This document shows, piece after piece, positions 15,521 through 29,497 of a stretch of DNA of 64,000 bases. Below the pieces are notes generated by a model. The model was given only the letters and a program-made list of their open reading frames with translations. It made no database searches and was not told the DNA's origin. The position numbers were made by a program, and so were the translations under genes. Numbering within the stretch: the first letter of the stretch is position 1; each line of letters opens with the position of its first letter. This DNA is from the human T2T-CHM13v2.0 reference genome, Homo sapiens. The stretch lies in assembly GCF_009914755.1 (NCBI RefSeq), contig NC_060927.1, one strand, 5' to 3'.

Positions 15521-16205
15521 ACAACCAGAACCCACTTCAACAACATCAGTTCCATGGGGGACAAATGTGTTTGAAGGAGGCAGTTTTTAGATAGTCTGGT
15601 TGAATCCAGAGATAAAAGCTATGTCTAGATCAGCAATTTTCAGGTCAACAACAATTTACTGAGTATCTACCTTGTGCTAGATAGTTGGGAACACAACAGG
15701 GAGCTGAGGTCATGATTTCTGACCTTCTAGGACTTATAATCAATTTTTAGCAGTATAACTTAAAAAAAAAAGCTAATCAAGAAACTCAGTACTCAATATG
15801 TAGACTTTAGAGAGAGGCCTCTGATGATTTGAGGATTCATTATTGAAGATTTTGCCACTATGAGTTATATATGGAAACAACTATTATTCCATAAAAATAT
15901 TCATCTATGAACTGATTATATATTTAATCCCTACACAAACATTTCTCCAAGTTTAACATTAATATCTGTATCTCCATTTAACAAAGCAATGCCTTTATCA
16001 ATTTCCCCTGCCTAATGTTATTTACATCTTACTATATAACGTAAGTAAATTGAAAAGTGTAACATCGAAGCCTTGCAATAAATGCTAGATTTCATGAATT
16101 TTATGTAGGTGCTGTTGGAGAATTGATCAAATTATATGCAAAGCTATTGGCAAATGATGACGTGTTAGATAATGCTTCTGCTACGTTTCATAGTAACCAG
16201 GTTAA

Positions 16206-16502
<297 letters not shown>

Positions 16503-16539
16503 AAAAGAACTTTTATTACTCCTAGTTTCCAAGAGGAGG

Positions 16540-17352
16540 CCCACCATCCTACACAGGGTCACATATGAAATTACAAAGTTTGGTCAGGAAGTAAAAGGAA
16601 AGAGGGGACAGTATGACCCAGAGATTCTGTATTATATTTTCTGAGAAAAATACAAGGCACTGCAGGGTAAACAGCTTAGGATGAGTTATTTTGAATAATT
16701 TTGGTGGGCTCTTGGCTATAGGGGTGGTCTCTGATACCTGGTCCTGGTGATTTATGGCAGGGGAAATATTGGCTTGGCATGTGAAAGTTAGATAAAGAAG
16801 GTAGTTGAGGATATGAGCTTTGGCTTGGTTGTATCTTAGTCCCAATGGGCCGCTATAACAAAATATCGTCAAGTGAGTACCTTATAAACGATGGAAATAT
16901 ATTTCTCATAGTTCTGGAGGCTGAGAAGTTCAAGATCAAGGAGCCAGCTGATTAGGAGTCTAGTAAATATTTGCTCTCTGCTTCATAGATGGGGCCCTCT
17001 GGCTGTGTCCTCACATGGTGGAAGGGGCAGGCCAGCTCTCTGAGGACCTCTTTTTTAAGGGCACTAATCGCACTCAAGGTGATTCTGCCCTCATGATATA
17101 ATCATCTCCCAAAGGCCCCGACTCCTAATACCATTACCTTGGTAATCAGGTTTCAACATATTAATTTTAAGAGAACATAAATATTTAGACCATAGCAATT
17201 GACTTGCATGTGAAAGTGGTACTGGCTGACAAGTTGTTTACTATCTCCATGAATTAGCTAGCCCTGAGAAGGGTAGTTTCTTCAAGATGAGCAAGGCCCA
17301 AAGATGTCAAAATATAAAAACATACACAAAATAAAAAACTTGATGAATACAT
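16540..17352. mobile_element. old ERVL-type LTR (family uncertain) split by a MaLR LTR
   Basis: Continuous LTR-like sequence on both sides of the 16832-17197 insert (GGTAAACAGCTTAGGAT...TTGAATAATTTTGGTGGGCTC; GAATTAGCTAGCCCTGAGAAGGG...ATACA); family not recognised firmly. Confidence 0.45.
16832..17197 (-). mobile_element. MSTD/MLT1A-like MaLR solo LTR
   Basis: TCTTAGTCC...GCTATAACAAAATA...CATAGTTCTGGAGGCTGAGAAGTTCAAGATCAAGG...TTTAGACCATAGCA. Confidence 0.85.
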
Positions 17353-17850
17353 ACTACCACATCACACAGTCTCAATAGCTTTCCTCTCCACTTCACCCCA
17401 ACATTTAGTCTCAATTCTCATCCATGTCTGCATCTTCAGACCTTTATTTGTAGATAAGATGTCCCACAATGATTATGATTAGTAAAACAAATTATAAAGA
17501 AGCGCTTGAGATGTTTTAAAAAAACACACACACAATAACAACGTATTTCAAATGCAACTCTGTAAACAAATAAATTACAAAATATAAAAACATAAAAGGT
17601 TGGTCTAAAACCATGTATATTAAATCACTGTCATATAAAACTATATTTTAGATTTAATCATGGCAATTTACATTGAAAAATTGTAGCACTTTTTTTGCTC
17701 AGGGATCAGATGGTAGCAAAAGTGTGCCTGAATGTGTATATTTGTAGGTGGTCTTCCAGTTGCACCAAAACTGGGTTGCTAGTCTACCACATTTGGACTG
17801 ATTCATGAATGTAGCTTGTTTAATTTTTTTTTTTCAACACTACGCAGTAG

Positions 17851-18017
17851 AGTAGTGTTTCTGAAAGCATGGTTCTAGTAACAGCAGCATTCGCATCACT
17901 TGGGATCTTATTGTCAGTGCAAAACCCAATGGATCAGAAACTCAAGGACAGGACCTAGGAATCTGTTTTAAAAATCTTTAGCTGATTCTGATGCATGCCA
18001 AAATTTGAACACATCTG
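17851..18017. mobile_element. MER5A hAT-Charlie DNA transposon
   Basis: CAGCAGCATTCGCATCACTTGGGA...ATCAGAAACTC...AGGAATCTGTTTTAA...TGATTCTGATGCA. Confidence 0.75.
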
Positions 18018-19075
18018 AAATGGGGAAAGAGAAATACAGATTGATATCAATTTTTTTTTCATGTAATAAGAAATCACAAATAAACTTTAAGCTCCTGAAA
18101 TTATGTTATGTAAGGTATTTGAGAAATTTGAAGTAAACTTGAAGAAGGTAAATGAACTCATCATAGGGAAGGCACATACAATTGAAGGGAGAAGATAGTT
18201 TGTTCAAGAACCAAGTGAAGGCTAGTGTTTTCAGATTCCATACATTATTCCTCTGTAGAGTTACAAGCTACATTGTAATGGAAGAAGAAATCTTTTTGCC
18301 TGTACCTCTAACCCATCAATAGGTTGTGAATATTCAGAAAATATTTAGATATGTGATTTAACTTAGCATTTTGGTAAGATGTTAGAAACTTGCAGAAGGT
18401 ATATACTGAGGTGCTTCCTAAGGTCATGATGAAAGTGTTTTGAGAAATCTAACTCACCTAACACCAATGGTTCAGATCATACTTCCATACAGATGTGTCC
18501 TGACATCTGAGCACATAGAATTTGGAACGTAGGGAAAAAGCAAAACAAACCACAAACATTGTTTGATATTCATACTCAAACTAAAATGCTAAATAATATT
18601 ATGAGAATTAGATGATGTGTTCACTGTTGATCAGATCTGAGTATAATAGAATCTTAGATTCCGAAGTGTAGAGATATTTGGCGGAAATGATGTGAAAATG
18701 TAACGATTTTAGAAGTGATTCACAGATGTTGGTGAATAAGAATCATACTTTAACTACCTCTGGCCATCTTTGAGTGAAAATATAAGAATATGTCAGAATT
18801 ATTCTTTTCTCTATCAATGTATCTCTGTTTCAAGAAAAATCTTTTGAGGTAGATGTGAACTGTGACTGTTAAATGGGCACAATCTCCCTGGAATCTTGGA
18901 AACAAAATGTGACCTTAAAATTTCTACCTGTATATCTAAATTCTGGATAACATGTCTGTGTGAACGTTGGCTGCTTTTTAGTGCTGCCATAATAAAAGCA
19001 GAAGGCCATCAAAAGTGGTATTATATTGGATGAGATTTGAAACAAGGTATATTTTCTGAGTTCTTAAAAAGGGTA

Positions 19076-19389
<314 letters not shown>

Positions 19390-19635
19390 CTAAACAAGAG
19401 TATTTGTACTGAATTGCTGATAATTGGTGACGATGACATCTATAAGTTTGTCATTGTCTACATGAGATTAATTTAAGTCCTTTTTAGGCAATAAAAATTA
19501 TATGTTTGAAATCTTAGCAGGTTATATATCAACATTAGCAATCAAGATTGCACCTCTCTGCATCATATATACAAATTTCTGATTACATGTAGATTACTAT
19601 TAGAAAATACCTAGCACCCACTGCTCAACATGTAG

Positions 19636-19841
19636 ATGTGTGTATATATATATTCAATATATATACACAATATATATATATAAAATATATACACAATATA
19701 TATAATATATATACACAATATATATATACAATATATATATTCCATAAGGATTATTGTTATATTTTGTTATGTTTAGTTGCTGTAGTTTGTTATATTTTAT
19801 GTTTGTATATGTTGTTATATTTTGTTATGTTTAGTTGCTAT
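19636..19841. repeat. AT-rich simple repeat plus short degenerate minisatellite
   Basis: (TA)n with recurring ATATATACACAAT; exact 28-mer TTGTTATATTTTGTTATGTTTAGTTGCT at 19754-19781 and 19812-19839, degenerate copy between. Confidence 0.9.
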
Positions 19842-20692
19842 AAGGTTTGCAAAGCTACATTCTTTCATTTATTTCTCATAGTATTATTTCTCATTAGCAT
19901 ATTAGTTTTTCCGTTAAATGGTGGAAACTAGACCATAGTTAGAAGATAACTAGTTCTGTACTCAAAATTAAGTAGTAGTTATTTGTTAATGCTAGGTAGC
20001 ATATCTTAATTAATATGGACAATCAAAGTTTGAGTATTATAAGGTGGCTCTCTAAAGTTTTCTGAGCTAGATGTATTCCAATTGCTGATTAATTCCTGAA
20101 ACTGTGCTTCTCTTAAGTGTTTCAAGATGGTTTAGAATGATAACTTCATGAATATTGGGTAGTAAATTACTTACTAATTAAATGGTGTTAGAATTACTTT
20201 TGAATAGTGGTAGACAAGGGTTAGTAGGAGGGTATTTATTTCTCCATGGACAAATTTGGCCACTGTAGGGAGACATCAAACTAAAGTAAGGCTCTGCAGA
20301 GAGGGATGATTCATACATTTTGTGCTTTCTGATGATAGGAGTTGGCAGTTTTTTAATGCTTAAAGAGGAATTACAGAGTTTACTCTTTCAGACCAAACAC
20401 TTGATAATCTGGTTAAAAATTTACAAACTAAATGCACTGCCCACTTCCCATTGACCATTTGGCAGTGAGTGGGATAAATTTGTTAAGAGTATTTTGATCA
20501 ATATAAATCCATTCATTAATGGTCTTTCATTTCAGCAATGTAAGTGCTGAAATTTAGGGTTTAAAGGATATCTGTTGATTATGATAAAATAACCAAAAAT
20601 ATGTACATGCTTAATAAAAAACGAGTGTAAATCTGCACTTTTAGAATTCTTGTAAAATACCTATATTTTTCCTACCATCAAAACCAATACTC

Positions 20693-21033
<341 letters not shown>

Positions 21034-21034
21034 T

Positions 21035-21373
21035 TATTTTTTTTGAAGTTATAGACAGGGTGTCACTCTGTCACCAGTCTGGAGTGTAGTGACGTGATCA
21101 TAGCTCACTGTAACCTGGAACTCCTGGGCTCAAGTGATCCTCCTCCCTCAGCCTTCTGAGTAGCTAGGACCCCAGGCATGCACTACCATACCTGGTTAAT
21201 TATATATATATATATAATTATATATATATATATAATGAGACCTTGTCTCTCCAAGGTCCTAAAGACAAGGTCTCTTTAGGTTGCCCAGGCTTGTCTTGAA
21301 CTCCTGGCCTTAATGGGTCATCCCACCTTTGCCTCCCAAAGTGCTGGAGTTACATGAGCCACTGTGTCTGGCC
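21035..21373 (-). mobile_element. AluJ SINE with (TA)n-expanded linker
   Basis: GATCATAGCTCACTG, CCTGGGCTCAAGTGATCCTCC J diagnostics; TATTAGAATTT on both flanks. Confidence 0.92.
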
Positions 21374-21889
21374 CTATTAGAATTTTTTAGACCATAGCAA
21401 TGTATTTGATAAACTGTAAAATAAGTTAAGAGTTAACATGTGATGAACAAAATATGGTAGTATCAGTCATGGTTCAAGTTATGTGATCTCCGAGGATCCG
21501 AAAAATAAACTATCAGTGGAGATCAGCAGTTAAGACAAGATCAAGGAATTGAGTTCTGCTCATGAATCAAAGAACTCTGAGCTAGAAGGAGCCACAAGAA
21601 ACTCTGTGGTATAGGTTACTGTCAGGAGAAGCATTTATTTTTACTATTTTACAGTTGAAGTAACTAACATCCAGTTAAGCTTTAATTTACCCAGGTACCT
21701 GTACTTCATATACAGTAGAAGCAGTGAAGAATGAAGAGGAAGGAAAATAACTTATAGTCAGGACTTATATTACTTAACAAATAGTGTTTCATAATCCTAA
21801 CGGTAACCATGTAATATAGATGTCATAATCCCTACTTTTTGAAATGAACAAAAAAATGAACTAAAAGTTTAAAATAATCATTCAGCCAA

Positions 21890-22750
21890 TGTATTAGTTT
21901 TCTGGTCTGCCACAACCACATGCCACAAACTGAGTGCCTTAAACAACATAAATTTATTTTCTCACTGTTCTTGAGGGTAGAAGCCCATGATCAAGGTGTT
22001 GGCAGAGCCATATTCCCTCTGAAGGCACTAGGAAAGATTTATTTCAAGCCTCTCTCCTAGCTTCTAGTAGTTTCTTGGCTTGTGACAGCATAACTCTGAT
22101 CTCCACATAGTGTTCTCCTGTGTGCATGTTTGTGTCCAAATGTCCCCTCCTTATAAGAAAATCAGTCAAATTGCATTAGGAACTGACCTTTTTGCAGTAT
22201 GACCTCATCTTAACTAATTAGATCTGTAATGACCCTATTTCCAAGTAAAGTCACTGGCTTAGTCCATTTGTGTTGCTATAAAAACTACCTGAGGCTGGGT
22301 AATTTATAAAGAAAAGAGATTTATTTGGCTCATGGTTCTGCAGACTGTGCAAAAAGCATGGCACTTGCATCTGCGTCTAGTGAGAGCCTCAAGCTCTTTT
22401 CACTCACAGTGGAAAGTGAAGAGGAACTGATGTGTACAGACATCACATGGCCAAAGAAGTAGGAGAGAGAGGGAAGGGAGATACCCTGTTCTTTTTAAGA
22501 ACCAGCTCTCATAGGAACTAATACAGTGAGAACTCACTCATGACCGTGAGGACAGCACCAAGCCATTCATGAAAGACCTGTCCCCATGACTCAAATACCT
22601 CCCATCGGGCCCCACCTCCAACACTGGATACCAAATTTCAAAATGAGATTTGGGACACAAACATCCAAACAATAGCAGTCACATTGTGAGGTACTGTCAG
22701 GATTTCAGACAGATAAGTTTTTAGGGAACGTAGTGCAATTAGCATGTAAT
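21890..22750 (-). mobile_element. MLT1B-like solo LTR interrupted by MSTB
   Basis: TGTATTAGTTTTCTGG...GACCCTATTTCCAAGTAAAGTCAC then resumes ATTGTGAGGTACTG after the insert. Confidence 0.85.
22255..22677 (-). mobile_element. MSTB-like MaLR solo LTR
   Basis: TG...CA termini; CTTAGTCCATTTGTGTTGCTATAA...TACCTGAGGCTGGGTAATTTATAAAG; TSD GTCAC at 22250-22254 and 22678-22682. Confidence 0.92.
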
Positions 22751-24123
22751 TGTAAATTTTTCTGGCTCCACACTTTACATTTAATGGTAGAAAGAAACTT
22801 ACATTTTGTTTCGTAAAAGGCCATTGAATATGGTGTTTCAATTTTTTCATAAATTAGTAAAGAGAAGGAAGAAAATATTGTAATGAACAATTAGTTGGAA
22901 AAAATCACATATGTTTTATAATGTCAAATGAGGGATTTTGGTTTTTATGTTGTTGGTAGGTAGGGACAAATTTTAGTAGGACAAGGTGATAAGAATGAGC
23001 TCTTAAAAATATTAAACTGCTAGAATATGTAATATGGACTAAAGGAAAGAAGAAATGATTATAAAGAAGATGAGTTTAAAGGCTATAACTAAAATATAAG
23101 CCTGAGTCTATAAGCCCTGAAAGAGGCAGTGCAGTAAGAAATTGAACCCGAGTCAGGCAAGACTACTTTGGTAATATGTATTTTATAAGATCTGGTCATT
23201 AATTGCATATGGATATAGAAGAACCAGGAATGATAGAGTTTCATGCATGGAAAACTAAGCAAAATGGTAATCTGCATATATAGTAAGGAGATAGTACTTT
23301 TTGTTTTAATTTTTGACCTCATTTCTGGATCTCCCCTCATTGTTTTAATATAATAAATTTATTTGCTGCTTCACTTGGTCTTCATAAGTAGCATTGGTTA
23401 TAAATTCCTCATGAAAACCGTAAAAAGAGATTTCCTATTGAAAAAAAATATGGTGTTTTGTGTAAGTAAATCAATATGCATGAGGATAGACAAAGCTTTA
23501 TCCATATGATGTATCTTGAAATAGCGTTAGAGAATTAAATTTCCGCAAATGCCACACTACATCCTTTGATAAACACCTCCATTAGATCCTCATACCCACG
23601 TTGGTTCTAAGTCGAAACTATTGATATAATGTTTCTTAAGTTACTGGAAACCTAGGATATTTTTGCTGTTTTATCTGATCATGTTGGCATGACTGACAGC
23701 TAGTCTGCTGTCACATCATCACATCTGAAACATATTTTATCAGTCTCTTACACAGTATACAATTTACATGGTATCCATTACCAATCCTGAGCCGAAAAAA
23801 TGAAGCCAAGCCTTGCGTCTCGTAGGAAATAAGGTTTTCTAAATCAATTCAGAGATTTCAGTTCCAAAAATATTAGATATAGTTGGAGGGTTTTTATAGA
23901 AGTTCTATAAAACAAATTGAAGTGAGGGATTGATTTTTTTGAAGGTGGTTTTAAATAAGCATAGCTTTTTAAAAGTTGTATATATGGAAAGCCGGGAGGA
24001 ACTTTTCAAAAGTCGATAAAAACCAAAAAAAGCTGGGTCGTACATAGGAAAAATTTCTAAAGCTCGAAACAGATATAGGTATCATATTCTGCATATACAA
24101 GTATATTTTCATTGCTGTCCTAG

Positions 24124-24310
24124 ATTAGTGGCTCTCAACACTCTCTGCACATTTGAATCACTTGGGGAGCTTTTAAAAACAATACTGATGGCTGGCTCTA
24201 TTTCCAGTAGATTTGATTTGATTGGTCTGGGGTACATGGGACCGAGGTATCAGTATTGTTGACCTCTCTACAAGTGAATCTATTTGCAGTCAGAAGTGAA
24301 AGGCACTCCC
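24124..24310. mobile_element. MER5B-like DNA transposon
   Basis: AGTGGCTCTCAAC...GAATCACTTGGGGAGCTTTTAAAAACAATACTGATG...ATTGGTCTGGGGT. Confidence 0.7.
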
Positions 24311-24581
24311 CTAGAGCTTTGTTAGCTTTGAAATTGCCTTGTTAGAGCCATTACAGAATCCTGTTCACTGTCAAAAATTCATATATTACAGTGAATAAAA
24401 ATATAAGCATTTATGTATGCATTATACGTAAATACCACTTTCTATAATATTTTACACAACCCTTCTTTTCCTTGTAATTAACAGAAACTAATTTAAAAAA
24501 AACCTTGATATTTAGCTTTGTGGCACAAAGAAGCACAAAAATGATGAATATTTTCAATTGACATTCCTGTATATTTAGTCT

Positions 24582-24710
24582 TCATTCATTCAATAAGTTA
24601 TTATTGAGTACCGCTGTATGCCAGCCACTAGTGTTATTGCTGTTGTAGAACAGTAAATACAAGAGACAATTTTCCTTGCTTTCATGGAGCTTACATTCTA
24701 GTAATAGAGA
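24582..24710 (-). mobile_element. L2 3' end fragment
   Basis: TTCATTCATTCAATAAG...TTGAGTACCGCTGTATGCCAG...CTTTCATGGAGCTTACATTCTAG. Confidence 0.7.
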
Positions 24711-27111
24711 TTTAAAATTCATTTGTCTTTTAATATTCTTTAGAGGCATTTTCTTTGTTTTCTTGGAGGTTACCTACTGATTTTTCATTTTCTCTAATGA
24801 TAGAAATCTCTGTCATGTCAAAATTATGAAAATGTTACAAAAATGATTTATAAAAACATATTTTTAGAGACATTTAATTTTTTATTTGATATATGTTTTA
24901 TTTAAATTTTATATAACAACGTTAGCTACCATTCAAGTACAATCAGATGTGTCCTGCATCTTATTCTGAAACTCATCGCCCTATGTACAGAACAACAAAA
25001 AGCTGGAAGACAGATAAAGGAGAAAGAAGCCAGAAGAGAATAAGCAATTAAAATATGCTTCTGTATGGAGATGGAAGTGATAAAAGCTGTCCTTGAGAAT
25101 ATGGAACAGAATATGGAACACAAGCCTTATTGTTCACTTGAGAGAATAGGCATATAATGATCTTTACTATTAGTATTATGTTTGAAAACATTAACATTCA
25201 GTTAAAGTTGCATGTGTTAACATTATTGTCTGTGTTTGCACATGACTGAATGAAACTTTTAGGAAAGGTAACGTTTGTATGAATAGAATATTCTTGTCTT
25301 GATTGAAAATCCATAGGAGTTTTCAGAGGAGATGTGGATCAGTCAAAAGCAATTAATATTAAAATTGACCTTAATAAATATAAATTATAAAATAAATCAT
25401 AATTTACTGTTTTATTCTACTAAGCAATAACTCCATGATTTAAATGGCATAGTGAGCCATTAGAGCAATTACTTTTGGTATCTAGTGACCCATTAAAATG
25501 TAGCTGAAGGTTTAACAAAATACACAGGTGACTCTGAGATATTGCAATGAATATGGTCCAAATTAAGAACAATCAGGATTTAGGATTTTATTGTTTCTAT
25601 ATTTAGTACTCTGAGAACCACCTTTAAACTCTTTGAGTTTTACCTACACACAGTTGAAGATTGAATTTTCTGTTACTGTAGAATAAGTTCTGGGAGAAAA
25701 GTGAGGATCAGTTGTGATAAGATCATTGTTGATTTGAAGCAACGTAATTTCTTGAGTTTACTAACAATGAATCTCTCAGGAACGTTTTCTTGTCTGTTTC
25801 CAAGTCCAGTAAATATTTTAAACTCACAAGGTAATATTCTTTTGTGAGGGTATAGATAATATCTATTATTAGGTAAGATGTTCTTTTTGTGCATTTTTAT
25901 TTACTACATTTCCATTCATACTAACTCAACATGTTTTTACAGTTATTTTAGCAGAAATAGAATTTATTTCAGAGACCTGATTTTATCATTTCTGTTTAAT
26001 TTCTTTCAGATTATTCCTTGACTTTATAATACCTTCATCAGTTTTCTAATGACCCTAAAATAATAATCAACTTTTTCAAAATTTTCTTTTCTTGGAAAAA
26101 AATGATATTAAAGTGTGGAAATTTATGATAATTTGCTATTTAAAAACTGAATAAAATGTACCGATTGAATATACTATTAGTCAATTTTGGAATACAGTTA
26201 AATATATCAAATCTAGTCATCCGTGCATCTAAGTATTACATTACAGAGAAATATATTTTTAAACACAGAACTGTGTGAATAACAGTGTTTTTTTAGATGG
26301 AAATGTAGAGAAGCAGTAAATGAACCATTCTATCTTATTTTGTTGACTAGAAAGTGTTGGAGCTCTGGGGCTTGATACCTTGTCTTCTGCTGTCTTTTAG
26401 TCTTCTTTACCAGAGCGGGAGATAAGAATAGAGCATATCGAGAATATGGAGGAGCTTCACAAAATGAAAACATCTGTGTTCCCTACCTATAGAAAAATCA
26501 ATATCTGGGGTCATTGAGGGTGGAGTTCAAACAAACTTATTTTGGAAAATATGAATGCTCTCTCACCTTTCTTGGTGAGAATTCCTATGAAATGGAATAG
26601 TAAGAGCCGTAGAAAAGAAACAATAAGTAAATTAAGAGAAGTTCAGAGAAAGAGTTATAAGGATTCAAAGGGGGAAAATGAGGATTTATAATTGGAAACA
26701 TAGAAAGATAACATTCATTCATTCCTTCACCATGTTCCCCCTGGTTATGAGCCAGGAAGAGTGTTCGATGCTGGGAACACAGGGGTGAGCAAAACCAGAT
26801 TGAGTACCTGTACTCATGGAGCCTCTCTTCAAGCAAGTGAGACATTCTTTACCCAAATAACTAACAAGTATAAAATTGTAATTAAAATAAATATTATCAA
26901 AGGAAGGTATACAAGGTGAGAAACTAAGACAGGGGAATTGCCCAAGTCATGGAGATGACAGGAAGCTTCTTAGGGGCGGTGGCTCAAGTGGCCTATGTGG
27001 AGAAGACATTTTTGCTAAAAATGTTTGTCTCTACAGGTAATTATTAGGACATAGAAAAGATGTAAGCCATGCTATTAAGAGTTAGAAAAATGAGGAGTTA
27101 AAAAAATAATA

Positions 27112-27564
27112 TGTATAGTAGCTTCCCAGGATTGTGAAAACACAGTACCACAAACTAAGTGGCTTAAAACACAGAAAATGATTCTGTCACAGTCCTTCAG
27201 GATAGAAGTGTGAAATCAAGGTGTTCACAGGTCCATGCTCTTTGAAGACTCTAGGGAAGACTTCCATGCCTTTCTCTTAACTTGCAGTGTTACCTGCAAT
27301 CCGTGGCATTCCTTGGATCATGTCAGTCTCTGGGATCCATGATCACATTTGCATTCTCCCTGTGTGTCTATGTCCCAATTTCTCTCTTCTTATAGGGCAT
27401 CAATCATTTTAGATCAAGGGCCCACCCTACTGCACTATGACCTCATCTTAACTTGCTTGCATCTGCAAAGACCCTATTTCCAAATTCGATCACATTCACA
27501 GCTTCTGGATAGACATGAATTTCCAGGTGTGTTGGGGGAAGGTGACACTATTCAACTCAATACA
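27112..27564 (-). mobile_element. MLT1B/C-like solo LTR
   Basis: TACCACAAACTAAGTGGCTTAAAAC...GAAATCAAGGTGTT...ATCTGCAAAGACCCTATTTCCAAAT...GACACTATTCAACTCAATACA. Confidence 0.85.
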
Positions 27565-29497
27565 GTGTGAAACAGAAAGTGACTAAAATAGCAGGTCAGT
27601 ATCCAGTCTGTTATCTGAGTGTCATTGTAACTGAAAATAGTATTGGCTTGATATTTGTAAAGACTTGATTCCAATCATGTATGGATTAATAAAGTGTGGC
27701 AGAGGGATGTGAGGGTTCTCAGAGAAAGAGGGAAAAAATGTCCTGGGCATAAAACCAGAAGCCACAGTTCACTTACTATTCATGTCTCCATGGCATTTCA
27801 AATCTTTAAACATTCTTAACACTTTAAATATAGCAAACACAAATCCAAATATATAACTTATTTTTAGTCAGCAGTAATGATTATTTTTTTGAATAATTAC
27901 CTCATACACAGGTACACATTGATCACATTTTTCCCACCACTTAAATTTCCAAATTTTATTAGCATTGTATGTCTTGTTGCTTCTACAAATTAAACTCTTT
28001 TATTCTTTTAGCGGTCAACAAAACAGAGTGTAATAAAATTCAAATGACCACAGAGCAATATGTAAGAGAATAGTAAAAACGACTGGTAATGGAGACCAGT
28101 TAACTAGAATTTCTTCTATAAAGAAGAAAATCTGTGATTTCACTAATCTTAGTCTATTTCCGTTTGGAAATTCTCAAATTTTTAATTTAGAGGTAGACAT
28201 TATTTTTAATATATTTTTCAAAGAATTAGATTTGCAATTTATCTTGTTTACAACATATTTCTTTTATTATCTGCTTAAGTTGGTCAACTGCTCTCTTCAG
28301 AGTTTCTTTGTAACAGTCATCCCTTGTCAATGGTAAGCACGATATAAAAGTTGTTTTTGTAGTAATGGAAAACTCATCAGAAATGGAAAGATCATTGTGA
28401 ATGGTGATTCTTTGCCTATTAGTGCTTCAGGGTTTAGAAGGCCATGTTTACCCTATGTTATCCCATTTATTTATTCTGGCCATTTAGAGACAGTAAAAAG
28501 GCAGAAGAGATAAAATAAAAAACAACTAGAAAAATAATAGCAAAAAAAAAAGATGAGAAAACATGATACTTGAGACTATATAATTTGGTTTTTAAATAAT
28601 ACTTCCCAGATAATTTTAGAGTAATTTACACAATGTAGACTAATCTACACAGCTACACCAATTGGTCAAAAAGCAAAGGCATCGGGTAGATTATTATTTC
28701 TTTCTCCAATGCTGTAATGGAAATAATTTCCTTAATGTCATAAACCCATTTATTTGTTTAATTAATTTAAAAAATTTAAAACTTATAGCACAAAAATCAA
28801 ACTGATAGCTTTAAAGAATTCAGCCTTTTTCTCTATAAACAGGAAAACTTCTGCCAGCCATTTCTCCTATTGAACAAGCATATCATTCACTTAGGGAGAG
28901 GTATTTGGGTTTGCTTTTCTGTTCTTTTGTGTTGATGAATTGCAGGTTTTTCAGACCCCATACTTTCATCACATAATTTTCTGACCTCAATTATGCTTCT
29001 CAGAATACAACAGGTAATGAGTAACGGAATTGTTCATAGTGCTTTTAAAGTTGCTTTTAAATAATGAGATAAAAATATATTATAGAATTTTCTACCAGAA
29101 CATCTTGCATTCATCAAGGTTGGATATCAATTGGAATTTCTTAAATCTATGCCTTAAACCTTAACCTTTGAATTGCTTTTACGCTATTACTGAAAAAAAA
29201 AAAAAGATAGTGAAATTATAGAAATTCAGTGATTTATTCCAAAAACGAATAACACCCTCCCTCTGGATTGAGTAAGTAAACCAGAAAAGAGACAGTAATA
29301 TATGATTATTACTAATGTATAAAAAATATTGAACTGGAGACAGTTTCACTTACTATGTGTCCAAGGATAAGGAGAGTCAGGAAATCAGGGAAAGAGGAAC
29401 ACAGGTAATGGAGTTGTTCCTCACACCAGGTTACATAGCAAGTAATTTTCTTCGAGTTAAGGTCTACTGAATTTTAAGAAAGCTAGATGTTATATTA

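Noticed and set aside
16109-16200. Possible exon GAVGELIKLYAKLLANDDVLDNASATFHSNQ
   Set aside because: Open frame, but weak donor (CAG|GTTAAA), unrecognised peptide and phase incompatible with the next candidate exon
19638-19931. 97-aa hydrophobic ORF
   Set aside because: Translation of (TA)n and T-rich low-complexity repeats
28946-29013. Possible 68-nt exon (TGCAG| ... CAG|GTAATG)
   Set aside because: Acceptor lacks an adjacent pyrimidine tract; no independent support
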